Assembly: GCA_963748015.1 (NCBI GenBank)
Contig: CAVVHE010000009.1
Span: 320,001-384,000 of the forward strand
Reading direction: 5' to 3'
DNA: 64,000 nt
DNA from: Terriglobia bacterium
Lineage (GTDB): Bacteria > Acidobacteriota > Polarisedimenticolia > Polarisedimenticolales > JAIQFR01
The number at the start of each line of letters is the position of its first letter. Position 1 is the first letter of the stretch. The translations under genes were made by a program, and so were the position numbers. Of the stretch, positions 10,508 through 22,724 are shown one piece after another. The notes beneath the pieces were generated by a model. The model saw only the letters and a program-made list of their open reading frames with translations. It ran no database searches and had not been told where the DNA came from.

Positions 10508-13500
10508 GTGAAGATCCCGCGTCGAATCGCAGCCCTCGGGGTTCTCGTCGTCGCGATCCTGCCGGTGGGATGGTCGGCGGCGGCGGAGACGGTCACGTAC
10601 CCGTTCTTCGGCGTCAGGCACATCGCCCGGACGGAAGCGATCCCCCGGCCCCTGCGAATGCACATCATCGAGCTCGACCTGACCGCCCCCGAGCTTCGTT
10701 TCCTCGTCACGCCCCAGAGCGGGCCCCGGGACACGAGCATCCAGACGACCCGCCAGTTCCTCACCCAGCAGGGAGGGCAGATAGCGATCAACTCTCACTT
10801 CTTCACGCCGTTCCCGGACGACGGCACCGGCTACACCTGGCTGATCGGGCTGGGCGCGTCTTCCGCGACGACGGTCCGCACGGTCACGCCTACGCGCCGT
10901 TCGACAGGAACCAGGGCTATCCCTACCAGATCGATCTTCCGGCGCTCAACGTCGGCCCCGACAACACGGCCGCCGTGGTCTATCAGGCCGCCGGCGACGT
11001 GACAGGGTACGTGACCGACCCGCCGACCGTGTTCTACAACGCCGTCTGCGGCAACGAGCAGATTCTCGCCCACGGCGCGAACACGGCGGGAACGACAGCC
11101 TGGGACAACACCCTCAATCCCCGGACCGCGATCGGCGTCGCGCCGGGCAACAAGCTCATCCTCTTCACCGTGGACGGACGGCAGGCCGGGGTCAGCGAGG
11201 GCATGACGACGGGCGAGGTCGCCGCCCTGCTGGTCTCCGACTACGGCTCACGGACGCGATCAACCTGGACGGCGGCGGGTCCACCACGCTCGTCATGGCC
11301 GATCCCACCCCGCGCATCGTCAACGTGCCGGTCGGGTCGGCAACGTTCCCGGCACCGAGCGCTCCGTGGGCAGCAACCTGGGCGTCTTCGCGCGCGCCTG
11401 CTCGACCGAGACGGAGGGGGCTTCCTGCGGCGACGACGGAGACCCGTGCAACGGCGAGCTGTGCGCCGGTCCGGTGCCTGCGTCAACGACGCCGGCGTCA
11501 CCGTCGTCGAGCTGGCCCCTCTCGGAGGAGGCACGGCTCCAGGCTCTACCGGGCGAGGGACATCGCGGATAACGACTACGCGCCCCGCTTCTACACCAAG
11601 CCCGGCGACCCGGACTACACGGCGTCCGACTACGGCGGCGCGAGGATCAAGGTGAGCTTCGAGCGGAGCGGCAGCTTCCTCGAGGGTTTCCTCGACGCGA
11701 GCGGACTGAAGCCGAACTTCGCCTACCAGATCAAGCTCGTGGGCATGCCGCTCGCGGAGTTCGGGGCGGCCGGCGACGACCTGTCGAACGAGCGGATCGG
11801 CTACGCCGGGCGCTGGTACAGGGTCGGGGTCGGGAACGCCACGGACGCCCAGTACCAGGCCTGCAGGGCCGATCCTCTTTGCAGGGACGTCTACGAGGGG
11901 TACCTGGTTTTCGACTTCTTCGTCGCGGACACGCTCGGGAAGGCGGCCCATCGCTTCGTGGCCGACGACAGCTTCCACGTACTCTGGCGAGATTGCCCGC
12001 CCGGACACACGATGACCGGCTGCCAGGCGCCCGGCGGAAGGCCGACCGTCTACCGGGACGTGGTCGCGCTGGCGTCCACCGGCTACGGCTACGACCTGGA
12101 CCACGCGACGTGGAACATCGGCGTCTTCGGCGAGGTCGAGCGGACGGCACCGCAGTCCCATCTGCCGGACGGCGAGTACCGGAGCCGCCTCGTCCTCACC
12201 GAAGAGAGCTTCCACGAGAGCGGGATCGGCGGAAACTGGGCCTCCGCGGTCGGCGAATCCGGCATCCATTTCTGGATCAACCAAGCCGCGGGGCCGCGGG
12301 ACTGCGGCGACTGGAACGTGTGCAACGGTTACGAGTCCTGCGACGGGAACGGGACCTGCCAGGCGGGCATCGGAGGGGTCTGCGACGACCAGAACGTCTG
12401 CACGGACGACGCGTGTGGCGCGAAGTCGGGCTGTTCCCACGCGAACAACGCGCCCTCGCAGTGATGGCGACAACTGCACCGCGAATGACGCTTGCACCGC
12501 CGGAGTGTGCGCCCCCGGGGCGGCCTCGTGCACGGTCGGCGGGGCGGTTCTCTACTACCGGGACGGCTCGGGCGCCGAGCCGAGCGCAAAGCCGGTCCCC
12601 GACGTGGGGATCGACGACACGGGCGACCTGACCGCGGATGCGACGACCGCCGGCGCCGGCACGTACTCGCTCGGCGCGCTGGACGGCAACGTCACGGTGC
12701 GGACGTTGCCCAAGTTCGGCAGCCCGCGGGCCTCGGACCACAACGGTGCGGTGACCTCGTACGACGCGGCGCTGATCGCGAGAAGCGCGGTCGGCTTGAT
12801 CGAGTTCACGGCCGGCCAGCGCGTGGCCGGCGACGTGACCGGCAACGGGGCGGTCACCTCGTACGACGCGGCGTACGTCTCCCAGTTCGCCGTCGAGCTC
12901 GTCGACCACTTCCCGGCGGCCACGTCCGACGGCTCGGACTGGAGATTCCTGCGCTGCGACGGTTACCCGTCCTGCGGGGAGGCGACCTACGCGCATACGC
13001 CTCTCGACGGACCGGCAACCGACGACTTCCACGCGATTCTGTACGGCGACGTCTCCGGCAACTGGGTCGGGAATCCGTTTCTGGAGCGACACCGCCGCCG
13101 TCCGTGGTCCCGAGCAGGAGGCGGCAGCCCGCGACAGGACCTGGGCGAAGACGCAGAGAGAAGTCTTGCCGCCACCCCGGCGCCCGGGCGCCGCGCGCCT
13201 CTCGCTGAGCGGCTGGCCCGCGTCGGCTCGACCCGGCCAGCGATATCGGGTGACGATATCGATCGAGAATGCCGATGGAATCCTGGGACTCGACCTCGAG
13301 CTGGTTTACGACCGCGCCGAGCTCTCCGTCCTCGGCGTCGAACCGGTCGGTCTCGCGGCGGGGCGCGGCTTCTCCGGCAGCGACGCCGGCGGCCGGCTCA
13401 GGGCGGCTCTCTACGGGACCGCACCGCTCAGGGGTTCGGGCCGACTTCTGGGAGGTGACGGTCGAGGCGCGCACGAGGACGGGTCCTCGTCCTTTCGAGA

Positions 13501-13612
13501 TCCGGGCGCAAGCCAACGAGGGTGCGATCCCCCTGCGCGTCCGCGGTGCGGGTCCCGCCAGTTGGCCCGTTCGCGGCCACGCGCGCCGCAGCCGGCTCCC
13601 GGGAAGGAATGA
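10508..13612 (+). CDS. Secreted multidomain protein: phosphodiester glycosidase (NAGPA/DUF2233), Cys-rich repeats, dockerin and cohesin-like domain; several frameshifts
   Basis: Pieced together from ORFs 10508, 10312, 11295, 12415, 13166 and 13269. Motifs IAINSHFF, NPRTAIG, LFTVDGRQAGVSEGMT, AINLDGGGST (across a frameshift) and CDDQNVCTDDAC. Duplicated GAVTSYDAA dockerin segments. Cohesin-like RVTISIENADGILGLDLELVYD. The 3' end is uncertain. Confidence 0.65.
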
Positions 13613-13706
13613 ACCTCTCGCGCGGGCCCGACGTCCCGCGCGAACGTGCACCGTGGCGGAAGCGGCGGGCCGCGCGGTCGAGCGCGGCCCGCCGCGAGAG
13701 CAGCGG

Positions 13707-16700
13707 TCAGGGGCAGCGGCTCGATGCCGCGTTGATCTCGTTGTCGCGGCGCCCCGTCTGGGTCCCGTCGTCGTACGTCTCGTCCGCCGCGCAGTTCGCC
13801 GGGCGCACGAGGTACCAGTAGGCATAACCGGGACGGCACGGTGCCTACGTCGTTGACGCTCGTCGCCGTCGTGTGGCTCGCGATGCAGAAGCTCGTCGCC
13901 TGGGTGAGAAGTCCCCGCCGCTCCCCACGAGGGTCGCCACGTCCCCCCCGACGACGGCGTACCACTGCGCGCCGGTGGCGGCGGTCCACGAGAGGCTCGC
14001 GGTCGTCGCGTCCGCCTTCGTCACCGACAGGCTCGGCATGCTGCTCGGCGCCGTAGCCGTGCAGAGCGTGCGGAACATCGTCTCGTTGTACGAGTTCGCG
14101 GGCCCCGTGAGCCAGGGACCGTGCTTCAGGAGCGGGGTGGTCGAACAGTAAACGCGCGCGCCCGCCAGTGGAGGGGGCGCCCCGGGCGAGGCTCCCGGGG
14201 GGACGCTCGTCGACACCAATGCCGGCGAGCCCCGCGTCGTACCAGGTCGAGCTGCGGCTCACCGGAGCGCTGAACGGTATCCGGAAAACGCGGGTCTCCC
14301 GCTCGATCTTCACCTTGCTCCGCCCCAGCGGGTTCCTGAACGTCAGCGCCATCCTGTAGCCGTTCGCGACGTCGGAGACGCCGAGCGGCGCGATCGTGCG
14401 GCGTCGCTCGTCAGCCTCTGCTGCGGCCGGGTGTCCCGGCGCAGCAATCCGCCGTAGAAGAGGAAGACGTGACCGCTGTCCGAGGCCGGCCCGGGGTGGT
14501 GATACTCGCCGACGAGGAGGTCCGGCACGCCGTCGCCATTCACGTCGCCGCCGCCCGCCGCCGCCGCGCCGAAGTAGGAGTCGCTGGGTGCCCGAGAAGA
14601 CGAGCGCAGCCGCCGCTGCTGGGATAGACGTACATCCCGCCCTTCCGGGACACCGCGTCGTAGTAGCCGGGGGCGCCGGTGAACGCCTCCGACCTGCCGT
14701 CGCCGTCGAGATCGCCGGCGCTGCCGACCGCCGCGCCGAAATGCGCGTAGCTCTGCCCGGCGCCCTTGTCGTCGTTCGGGTCCGTCGGAGACCCGCGCTC
14801 CAGCCGTAGAACAGGTAGGCGTGGCCGTCCTCGACGTTGTCGTACGAGAGGTACGGCGCGCCGACGATGATGTCGGAATAGCCGTCGCCGTTGACGTCCC
14901 CGGCCGTGCCGACCGCCGCGCCGAGCTGCGCGAAGGCGCCGCCCATGAAGAAGCGGAAGAACCAGTTCGAGGAAGCCGTCAGGCCCGAGCGCGACCCGTA
15001 CCAGAGATCGACCCGCCCGGCGTTCAGGTAGGGGCGCCCGATGCCGGAGATGTCGTACTGCGGAGAGCCGACCACGATGTCGAAATGCCGTCGCCGTTCA
15101 CGTCCCGGCCGAAGCCACCGCCGCGCCGAAGCGGGACCGCTCTGGGTGCGGTTCAGCGTCCAGGTCGGCGTCGTGGACGGCCCCGAAGCGGACCCGGTGT
15201 AGACGACCGCCGCCCCGTTGCCCGCGGCCGGAACACCGACGAGGACGTCGGCGTACCCGTCGCCGTTGACGTCGCCGGAGTTCGCGACGGCCGTGCCGAG
15301 CTGGGCGCCCGAGCTCCCGTACACCGTCCAGCTCGCGAACGCCGGCAATCCCGACGCGGAGCCGTTGTAGATCTGCGCCATCCCGTTGTCCGTTTGGACG
15401 GGCAGCACGTGATGGGGGGCGCCGACGACGAGATCGACGTAGCCGTCGCCGTTCACGTCGCCGCCCATCGCGATCGCCGCCCCGAACTGCTCCGCGGCCT
15501 GCGTCCCATACGCGGCCCAAGATGCCGTGGCGGACGGCGTGACGGCGCTCCCGTGCCAGACGAACACCGCTCCCACGTCGGCGGATCCCAAGTCGTAGTC
15601 CGGGGCACCGGCCGCGACGTCGGCGAACCCGTCGCCGTTGACGTCGCCCATCGCGGCCGAGTAACCGAGGTGCATGCCCACCTGGCTGACCCCGGTGTCC
15701 CATGCCGCGGCGGACTTCATGCCCTCTCGCGAGCCGAGGTAGACGAACACTTGGCCCCTGTCGCTGCTGTGCCCGTAGGCGCCAACGATGACGTCCGAGT
15801 AGCCGTCGCCGTTGACGTCGCCCGCCGTGGCGACCGCCGCGCCGAACTTCGAGCCGGCCTCGCCCGACTGGACCGTCCAGTACGTCCAGGATTGCAGGCC
15901 ACTCCCCGTCCCGGCGTACGCCACGACCCCCCCGCCGCCGGTCACGGTCGTGTTCCAGCCGGGCACGCCGATGAGAATGTCGGCCAATCCGTCGCCGTTG
16001 GTGTCGCCCGCCGTCGCCACCGAGTAGCCGAAGTTGCTGTTCGCGTGAGGACCGTACGCCGACCACACGGGCGTCCGGCCCGCGACGCTCGACGCGCCGT
16101 GATAGACGAACGCCCCGCCGGCGTAGTTGATGTACAACGACGGGTTGTAGGCCGACCGCGCGCCGACGATCCAGTCCGCGTAGCCGTCGCCGTTCACGTC
16201 GCCCGCCATCGCGACGGAGGTGCCGTAGCTGTAATTGAGCGTCGTGCCCGTGTCGCTGCCGTTCGACTGCCACGACGGAGAAGCGGCCAGGCCGGTCGCG
16301 CTGCCGAGGAAGATCATGGCGCGCCCGCCCGTATCGGAGCAGGAGTGGATTCCCGCCGCCTCGCCGACCAGGACGTCGCCGTATCCGTCCCCGTTCACGT
16401 CGCCGCCTCCGGCGACGGCGTACCCGAGCTCGCAGTAGCCGCTGCCGTAGCGAGTCGTCGGCGAACCGAGCCCCGAAGCCGAGCCGTAGTAGACGACCGC
16501 CGCGCCGACGTCCCCGGCGTTCCCGGGGGCCCCGACGACGATGTCCGCGTAGCCGTCGCCGTTGACGTCTCCGGCCGGCGAGACCGACCACCCGAAGTGC
16601 TGGTAACCCTCGGTGTCGCTGTTGCGCAGGTAGACCGGCGAGCGGCTCGTGTCGATGCCGCTCGCGCCCCCGTAGTAGACCGCAACCTCTCCGACCTCGA

Positions 16701-17778
16701 CCGCGGAGGCCGTCCACTCGTCCGCGTAGGGGAGCCCGACGACGATGTCGTCGTAGCCGTCGTTATCGACGTCCCCCGCGGTGGCAACGGAGTAGCCGGC
16801 CCGCGCGTGGAGCTGGGCGCCACCCCACCAGTCGGTCGGGAAATTCGCCGCGGCGGAGCCGAAGTACACGTGCGCGTCGCCGTCCAGGTTCCCGTTCGAG
16901 GCGTGCGTCTCATGCGGGGCGCCGAAGACGATGTCGGCGTAGCCGTCGTTGTTCACGTCCCCCGCGGTGCCGACCGAGAATCCCGCCCGTGCGGCGTAGT
17001 AAGTGTTCGTTGTCCCCTCGACGCTCCACGCGGCGGACGTCGCGAGGGAGTCGATCGTGACCGGGTACACCGCGCCGCCGTCGTCGAACGTGATCCGGAC
17101 GCCGGACAGACCGGCCTCCGAGAACGGCGACATCCACGCGCTCAGAACCCGGCCGAGGTCGTCCTTCACGACGAGGGAGCCGTAGTGGATCACCGGCAGC
17201 CCGTCGGGGGCCAGGAAGTCGATCGCCTGCCCGTCCTCGCTGTAGCGCGGCCGCAGCGTTCCGCCGAGCACGAGGTCGACGTGCGCGGCGCCGCCGGCGC
17301 GGGAAGCGGACGAGTGAGAGGGGGAGGAATCCAGGGTGAACCCCTGCTCGAGCCCCCGGTCGTCGTTCACGTACCACTCGCGGATCGCCCCGCGATCGAA
17401 CTCGACCCGGTTGCCGCTCACGGTCGGACGCGCCTCGGGAGCCGCCTCGCCGTCGGCCGGCGGGTCACCGGCCAGCAGGGTCAGCGACCACTCCCAGTCG
17501 ACCGTCGTCTCGACCCTGGGCACGACCCGGATGCCCCGGGGAGCGAAGTACGTCCTGAATCCCTGGGCCCGGTTCGGCGCCTGCCACGCGGCGTCGAGAT
17601 CGGCGAACGGCGTGACCGCCTTCCACGTGATCTGGTACTCCGACGCCTCGATCTGGCGCTGCGCCTTGGCCCACCAGTCCCCCTGGATCGTCGCGGAAGT
17701 CCCTTCCGCCGCCCAGCCGGCGGGGAGCGCGATCGTGAGAAGGAGCAGCGTCACCGTAATCGACAGAACGTTCTTCAT
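13707..17778 (-). CDS. Large secreted FG-GAP/integrin-alpha-like repeat protein; 3' third frameshifted
   Basis: Starts MKNVLS with a signal peptide. N-terminal domain EWYVNDDRGLEQGF...YPVTID. Many AGDVNGDGYADIVVGAP-type repeats. Reconstructed C-terminus ...WYLVRPANC...RDNEINAASSRCP with TGA at 13707-13709. Confidence 0.8.
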
Positions 17779-18418
17779 GGCTTCCCCCGGCGGATCCGCG
17801 ATATGCGGCGAGCGGGCGCAGCCGGGGGGGCAGGGCGGGCGCAGCACGAGGCCGAGACCTAGATCCGCAAGAGGGCCCTCGCGGGCCCGACTTCTGCCTT
17901 TCAGTCTTCCCCGGACGTCTTCTCCTCTCGACGCGGCTGCATATGTACGATGACCTTCGGGAAAGTCAATTTGTTTGTGTCATGGACTCCCACCTTCTCA
18001 CTGTAGCGACATAGCAGACAAAAGTAGTCCATTGTTCTCGTTGTCATGCCGTGTGTGTCGCGAAAACGCTCGGCGCGCGGGCCGTCACGACTCCCGACGT
18101 CCGTTCGTTGGTTATTGTGTCGAGCGTGATCTCCAGGTACACGACATGGTCGACGACCCGAGATGAGTCTCTCCACCGGCGATGGCCTGGGCCCTCAGGA
18201 GATCCTCTTCGATCGCCATCGCGAGAACGCCGACGTCGTCCTGATCGGCCCGCAGCCCCGTCGGGATGATGCCGCGCGCGATCTTCGCGGGGGGCCGGGA
18301 CCGACATGGCCGTGAAGGCATCTCCGCGACCGGGGTTGGGTAAACGTCCCCGCTCGGTGGATAATGGAACGTGCGGGGGCGTCCAGGAACGGGCCAGATT
18401 CGCTTGGAGGACGGCGGC

Positions 18419-19665
18419 ATGGCGCAGGAGCAGGCGGGAGCCATCAAGAAGATCCGCGCGACCGGGCCGATGCGGGAGCTCATGGCCGCCTACTTCCAGG
18501 AGCTGGACGAGGCGTCCCGGACGGGCTCGGCCAAGGTCGCCTGGTGCACGAGCGTGGGGCCCGCCGAGCTGCTGCGCAGCTTCGGCTTCCGCGTCTACTT
18601 CCCCGAGAACCACGGCGCGCTGCTCGGCGCGTCCCGCGCCGCGTCGGACGTGATCCCCGCCGCCAACGCCATCGGCTACTCGCCCGACATCTGCTCGTAC
18701 CTGACCAGCGACGTCGGCTCCTTCCTTCGCGGCCAAACCCCGCTGACCAAGGCCTTCGGCATGGCCGGCGTGCCGAAGCCGGACGTCCTGGTCTACAACA
18801 CCAACCAGTGCCGCGACGTGCAGGACTGGTTCGCCTTCTACCAGCGGCACTGGGGCGTTCCGATGGCCGGGATCGACACCATGCGCGGCCTGGGAGAGAT
18901 CACGGCGGGACCACCGCGACTCGCTCGTGGCCCAGCACAAGGCCCTCATCCCCACCCTCGAGCGGGTTGCCGGGCAGAAGTTCGACATGGACCGGCTCAA
19001 GGAGGTCGTGGCCTCGTAGCTACCGCTGCACCCAGCGATGGAAGAAGGTGCTGCGCCTGGCCGAGCACGTCCCCTCGCCGATCACCTTCTTCGACGGGAC
19101 CATCCACATGGGCCCGGCGGTGGTGCTCCGGGGCGACGAGCGGGCGGTCCAGTACTACGACGTCCTCATCGCCGAGCTCGAGGAGCGAATCGCCCAGGGC
19201 GCCGGGGCGGTCGACGGCGAGGCCCACCGGTTCTACTGGGAGGGGATGCCGGTCTGGGGCAAGCTCCGCGAGCACGCCGAGACCTTCGCCGGCCACCGGG
19301 CCTGCGTCGTCGCCTCGACCTACTGCAACAGCTGGATCTTCGATGCGCTGGCCGAGGCGGATCCCTTCGAGGGCATGGCCGGCGCGTACTCGGAGCTGTT
19401 CATCGTTCGATCGGAGACCTTCAAGGAAGACTACCTGAGCGGCATGGCGCGCGACTACCGGATCGACGGCATCATCTATCACGACGCCAAGACGTGCCCC
19501 AACAACTCCAACAACCGGTACGGCATGCCGGAGAGGCTCGCGAAGAGGCTGGGCATCCCGTTCGTCGTGATCCAGGGCGACCTGAACGACCTGCGCCTGT
19601 ACTCCGAGGAGCAGACGCGGACCCAGTTCGAGGCGCTCGTCGAGCAGCTCGGCGAGCGAGCCTGA
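18419..19665 (+). CDS. 2-hydroxyacyl-CoA dehydratase / BCR-type Fe-S subunit (HgdAB/FldBC/BcrBC family); frameshifted near 18905-19025
   Basis: GGAGG then ATG 18419. Motifs [34 protein letters not shown] and QGDLND. Three family cysteines are retained. Confidence 0.85.
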
Positions 19666-19688
19666 GGAGCCCCGGAGGCCACCGGCGA

Positions 19689-20549
19689 ATGGCGGATCGA
19701 CCCTCGAACCCGAACGGCGCGCAGGGCGTGTCGCGTCCGCTGTACTGCGGCGTGGACATAGGGGCCTCGGCCACCAAGCTCGTGCTCATCACGGCGAGTC
19801 GCCCGCCGCGGCCCCGGGCTCCGAGGTCGTCGCCCGCGCCGTCCTTCCCTCCGGCGTCGACTACGCGAACACGGCCCATCGCTGCCTGGCGGCCGCTCTC
19901 GAAGAAGCCGGGGCGGCTCCCGCCGACATCGTCTTCGCGCTGTCCACGGGGTACGGCCGCGACAACGTCGACTTCGCCCAGGGTTCCGCGACCGAGATCC
20001 ACTGCCACGGGATCGGCGGATTCCACTTCCATCCCGACGCGATGACCGTGGTGGACATCGGCGGCCAGGACAACAAGGTGATCCGCATCGACGGCCGTGG
20101 GACAGCGCGCCGACTTCCGCATGAACCGCAAGTGCGCCGCCGGCACCGGAGCCTTCATCGAGGAGATCGCGCTGCGGCTCGGCCTGCCGCTCGAGGAGCT
20201 GGACGTCCTGGCCGCGAGCACCGACCAGGCGGTGAAGCTCAGCAGCTTCTGCACCGTGTTCGCCAAGACCGAGATCCTCGCCCACCTGCGCGCGGGCGAG
20301 CCGGTGGCCCGGATCGTTCGCGGCGCCTTCCAGTCCGTCGTCGCGAGGGTCCTCGAGATGGAGCCCCTCGACGGCGACGTGGTCTTGACCGGCGGGGTGG
20401 TCGACCACAACCCGAGCATCGCCGCGATCCTGAGCGAGAGAATCGGCCGCGACGTCCTGGTTCCGCCGCACCCGCAGTTCGTCGGCGCCCTGGGGGCGGC
20501 GCTCCTCGCCCGGCGGCGAGCGGGGCTCCCGGAGGCTCGGACGACGTGA
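19689..20549 (+). CDS. CoA-substrate activase ATPase (BadF/BadG/BcrA/BcrD/HgdC family); frameshifted
   Basis: Motifs GVDIGASATK, TGYGR, TEIHCH, DIGGQDNK, MNRKCAAGTG, SSFCTVFA, LTGGV and GALGAA, spread over several frames. Confidence 0.85.
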
Positions 20550-20622
20550 CCGGACGGACCCGAGGAACGAGAACTGTCGCAAGGCTCGGTTCGCGCTGAC
20601 GCGCGCCGAGAGGGAGGACGCC

Positions 20623-22702
20623 GTGCTGGACGGACTCTTCAAGCCCGGATCGGTCGCCATCGTGGGCGCCTCGAACAACCCGCACTCCATCGGCCACATC
20701 GTGATCAGGAACCTGGCCGCCTACGGCTTCCGAGGGCCCATCTACCCGATCAACCCGAAGGAGCGCAGCATCCGCAGCTTCAGGTGCTTCAAGTCCGTCC
20801 TCGACGTGCCCGATCAGATCGATCTCGTGAACATCTCGGTCAACTACAACCTGGTTCCGGCCGTGATCAAGGAGTGCGGCGAGAAGGGGGTCAAGTTCGC
20901 CATCGTCCACACCGCCGGGTTCAAGGAAGTCGGCGAGGAGGGCGCGAAACGCGAGCGGGCGATGGTCGAGCTGGCCCACTCCTTCGGGATGCGGATCTTC
21001 GGCCCCAACAGCCAGGGGATCCAGAACGCCGACCCCGAGGTGTCGGTCTACGCCAACTTCACGTTCGTCCCGATGAAGCCGGGCAACATCTCGATCGTCG
21101 CCCAGGGCGGGGGCATGGGCGAGATGCTCAAGCTCCACCTGCACAACGTCGGCCTCGGGCACCGCATGTACTGCTCCTACGGGAACGAGTGCGACCTGTC
21201 CATGCCCGAGATCCTCGATTACTACGGCAAGGACCCGGGGACGCGCGTGATCATGATGCAGATCGAGAGCTTCAAGGATCCCGCCGCCTTCCTCGAGGTC
21301 GCCTCCCGGATCACCCCGGAAAAACCCATCCTGGCCATCAAGGCCGGGCGGACCCGCGAGGGCTCGGTGGCGGTGTCGTCGCACACCGGGACCCTCGTGG
21401 ACCAGGCCATGATGGCCCGGGCGATGTTCGGGAAGGCGGGCGTCATCCAGTTCACCGACACCGACGAGATGATCAAGGCCGCGGTGGCCATGTCCATGCA
21501 GGAGATCCCCGCGGGGCGCAGGATCGGGATCATCACCAACACCGGCGGCCCAGGCATCCAGGCGGTGGACGAGTCGGTGGAGCGAGGGCTCGAGCTGGCC
21601 CGGTGGTCCGAGGAGGGCAAGAAGCGCCTCCGGGAGAGCCTCTACGCCGAGGCCAGCGTGGGCAACCCCGTCGACGTCGTGGCCACGGCCAACGCCGATC
21701 ACTACCATGCGGCCGCGGAGACGCTGCTCCGGGAGGAGGGCGTCGACATGGTGCTGGTCTTCTTCGTGACCGCGCCGTTCACCGACACGAACGCCATCGC
21801 CACCCGGATCCGGGAGGCGTGCGACGCGGCGAGCAAGCCCGTGGTGGTGGTCGTGGAGACCTCGTCGGAGAGGTACGGCCTCATCGAGAAGCTCCGCTCG
21901 AGCGGGCTGCCGGTGTACGAGTTCCCCGAGGACGGCGCCAGGGCGCTCGCGGCGATGGCCCGCTACGGCGAGGTGCGGCGCCGCGACGGTGGAGCCGCCT
22001 CCCGCGCTCGCCGTGGACCGCGCGGCGGCGGCGGCGATCCTCGATCGGCACAAGGGGAGCGACGCCTACGTGCCGCAGATGGACGCCTTCGCCGTGCTCC
22101 GCGCGTACGGGATCCCAGTGCCCCGCGTCGCGTCGGTGAGCGGAGAGAAGGACCTCGCGCGGGCCGCCGCGGAGGTGGGATTCCCGTGCGTGCTCAAGGT
22201 GGACGCGGCGTCGGTGGTTCACAAGTCGGACGCGGGCGGGGTCGCGCTCGGCCTTTCCGACCTCAGGACCGCCGCCGACGCGCTCGCGAAGATGAAGGCC
22301 CGCTTCGCCGGCCCGGACGCGAGCTTCCTGCTCATGGAGCAGAAGCGGCCGGGCAGGGAAGTCATCCTCGGCGCCAAGACCGCCCCCGGCCTCGGCAGCC
22401 TGGTTCTCTTCGGCCTGGGCGGAATTCTCGTCGAGGTCATGAAGGACGTCACGGTGGCCGTAGCGCCGCTGAGCCGCCCCGAGGCGCGCGAGATGCTGCG
22501 CGGGATCAAGGGGTACCCGGTGCTCATGGGCGTGCGCGGTGAGGCGGGGGTGGATCTCGATGCGCTCGAGGACGCGCTGCTGCGGACCGCGAGGCTCGTC
22601 GCCGACTTCCCCGACATCGCCGAGCTGGACCTGAACCCCGTGTTCGCCTATCCCGCGGGGACGCCCCCCGCGGCGGTGGACGTGCGGATGCGGGTGCGCT
22701 GA
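20623..22702 (+). CDS. ADP-forming acyl-CoA synthetase (ACD/Pat-like, CoA-binding plus ATP-grasp); one frameshift near 21989
   Basis: Motifs PGSVAIVGAS, GFKEVG, IFGPNS, KAGRT, SSHTG (phospho-His), NPVDV, HKSDAGGV, LFGLGG and ELDLNP. Confidence 0.88.
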
Positions 22703-22724
22703 GCGGCGCGAGCGGACACCCTCC

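Noticed and set aside
14821..17862. Long antisense ORFs (e.g. 14821-17862, 25311-27884, 36595-39513, 51340-55131)
   Set aside because: They are shadows of well-supported genes on the opposite strand and carry no recognisable motifs.
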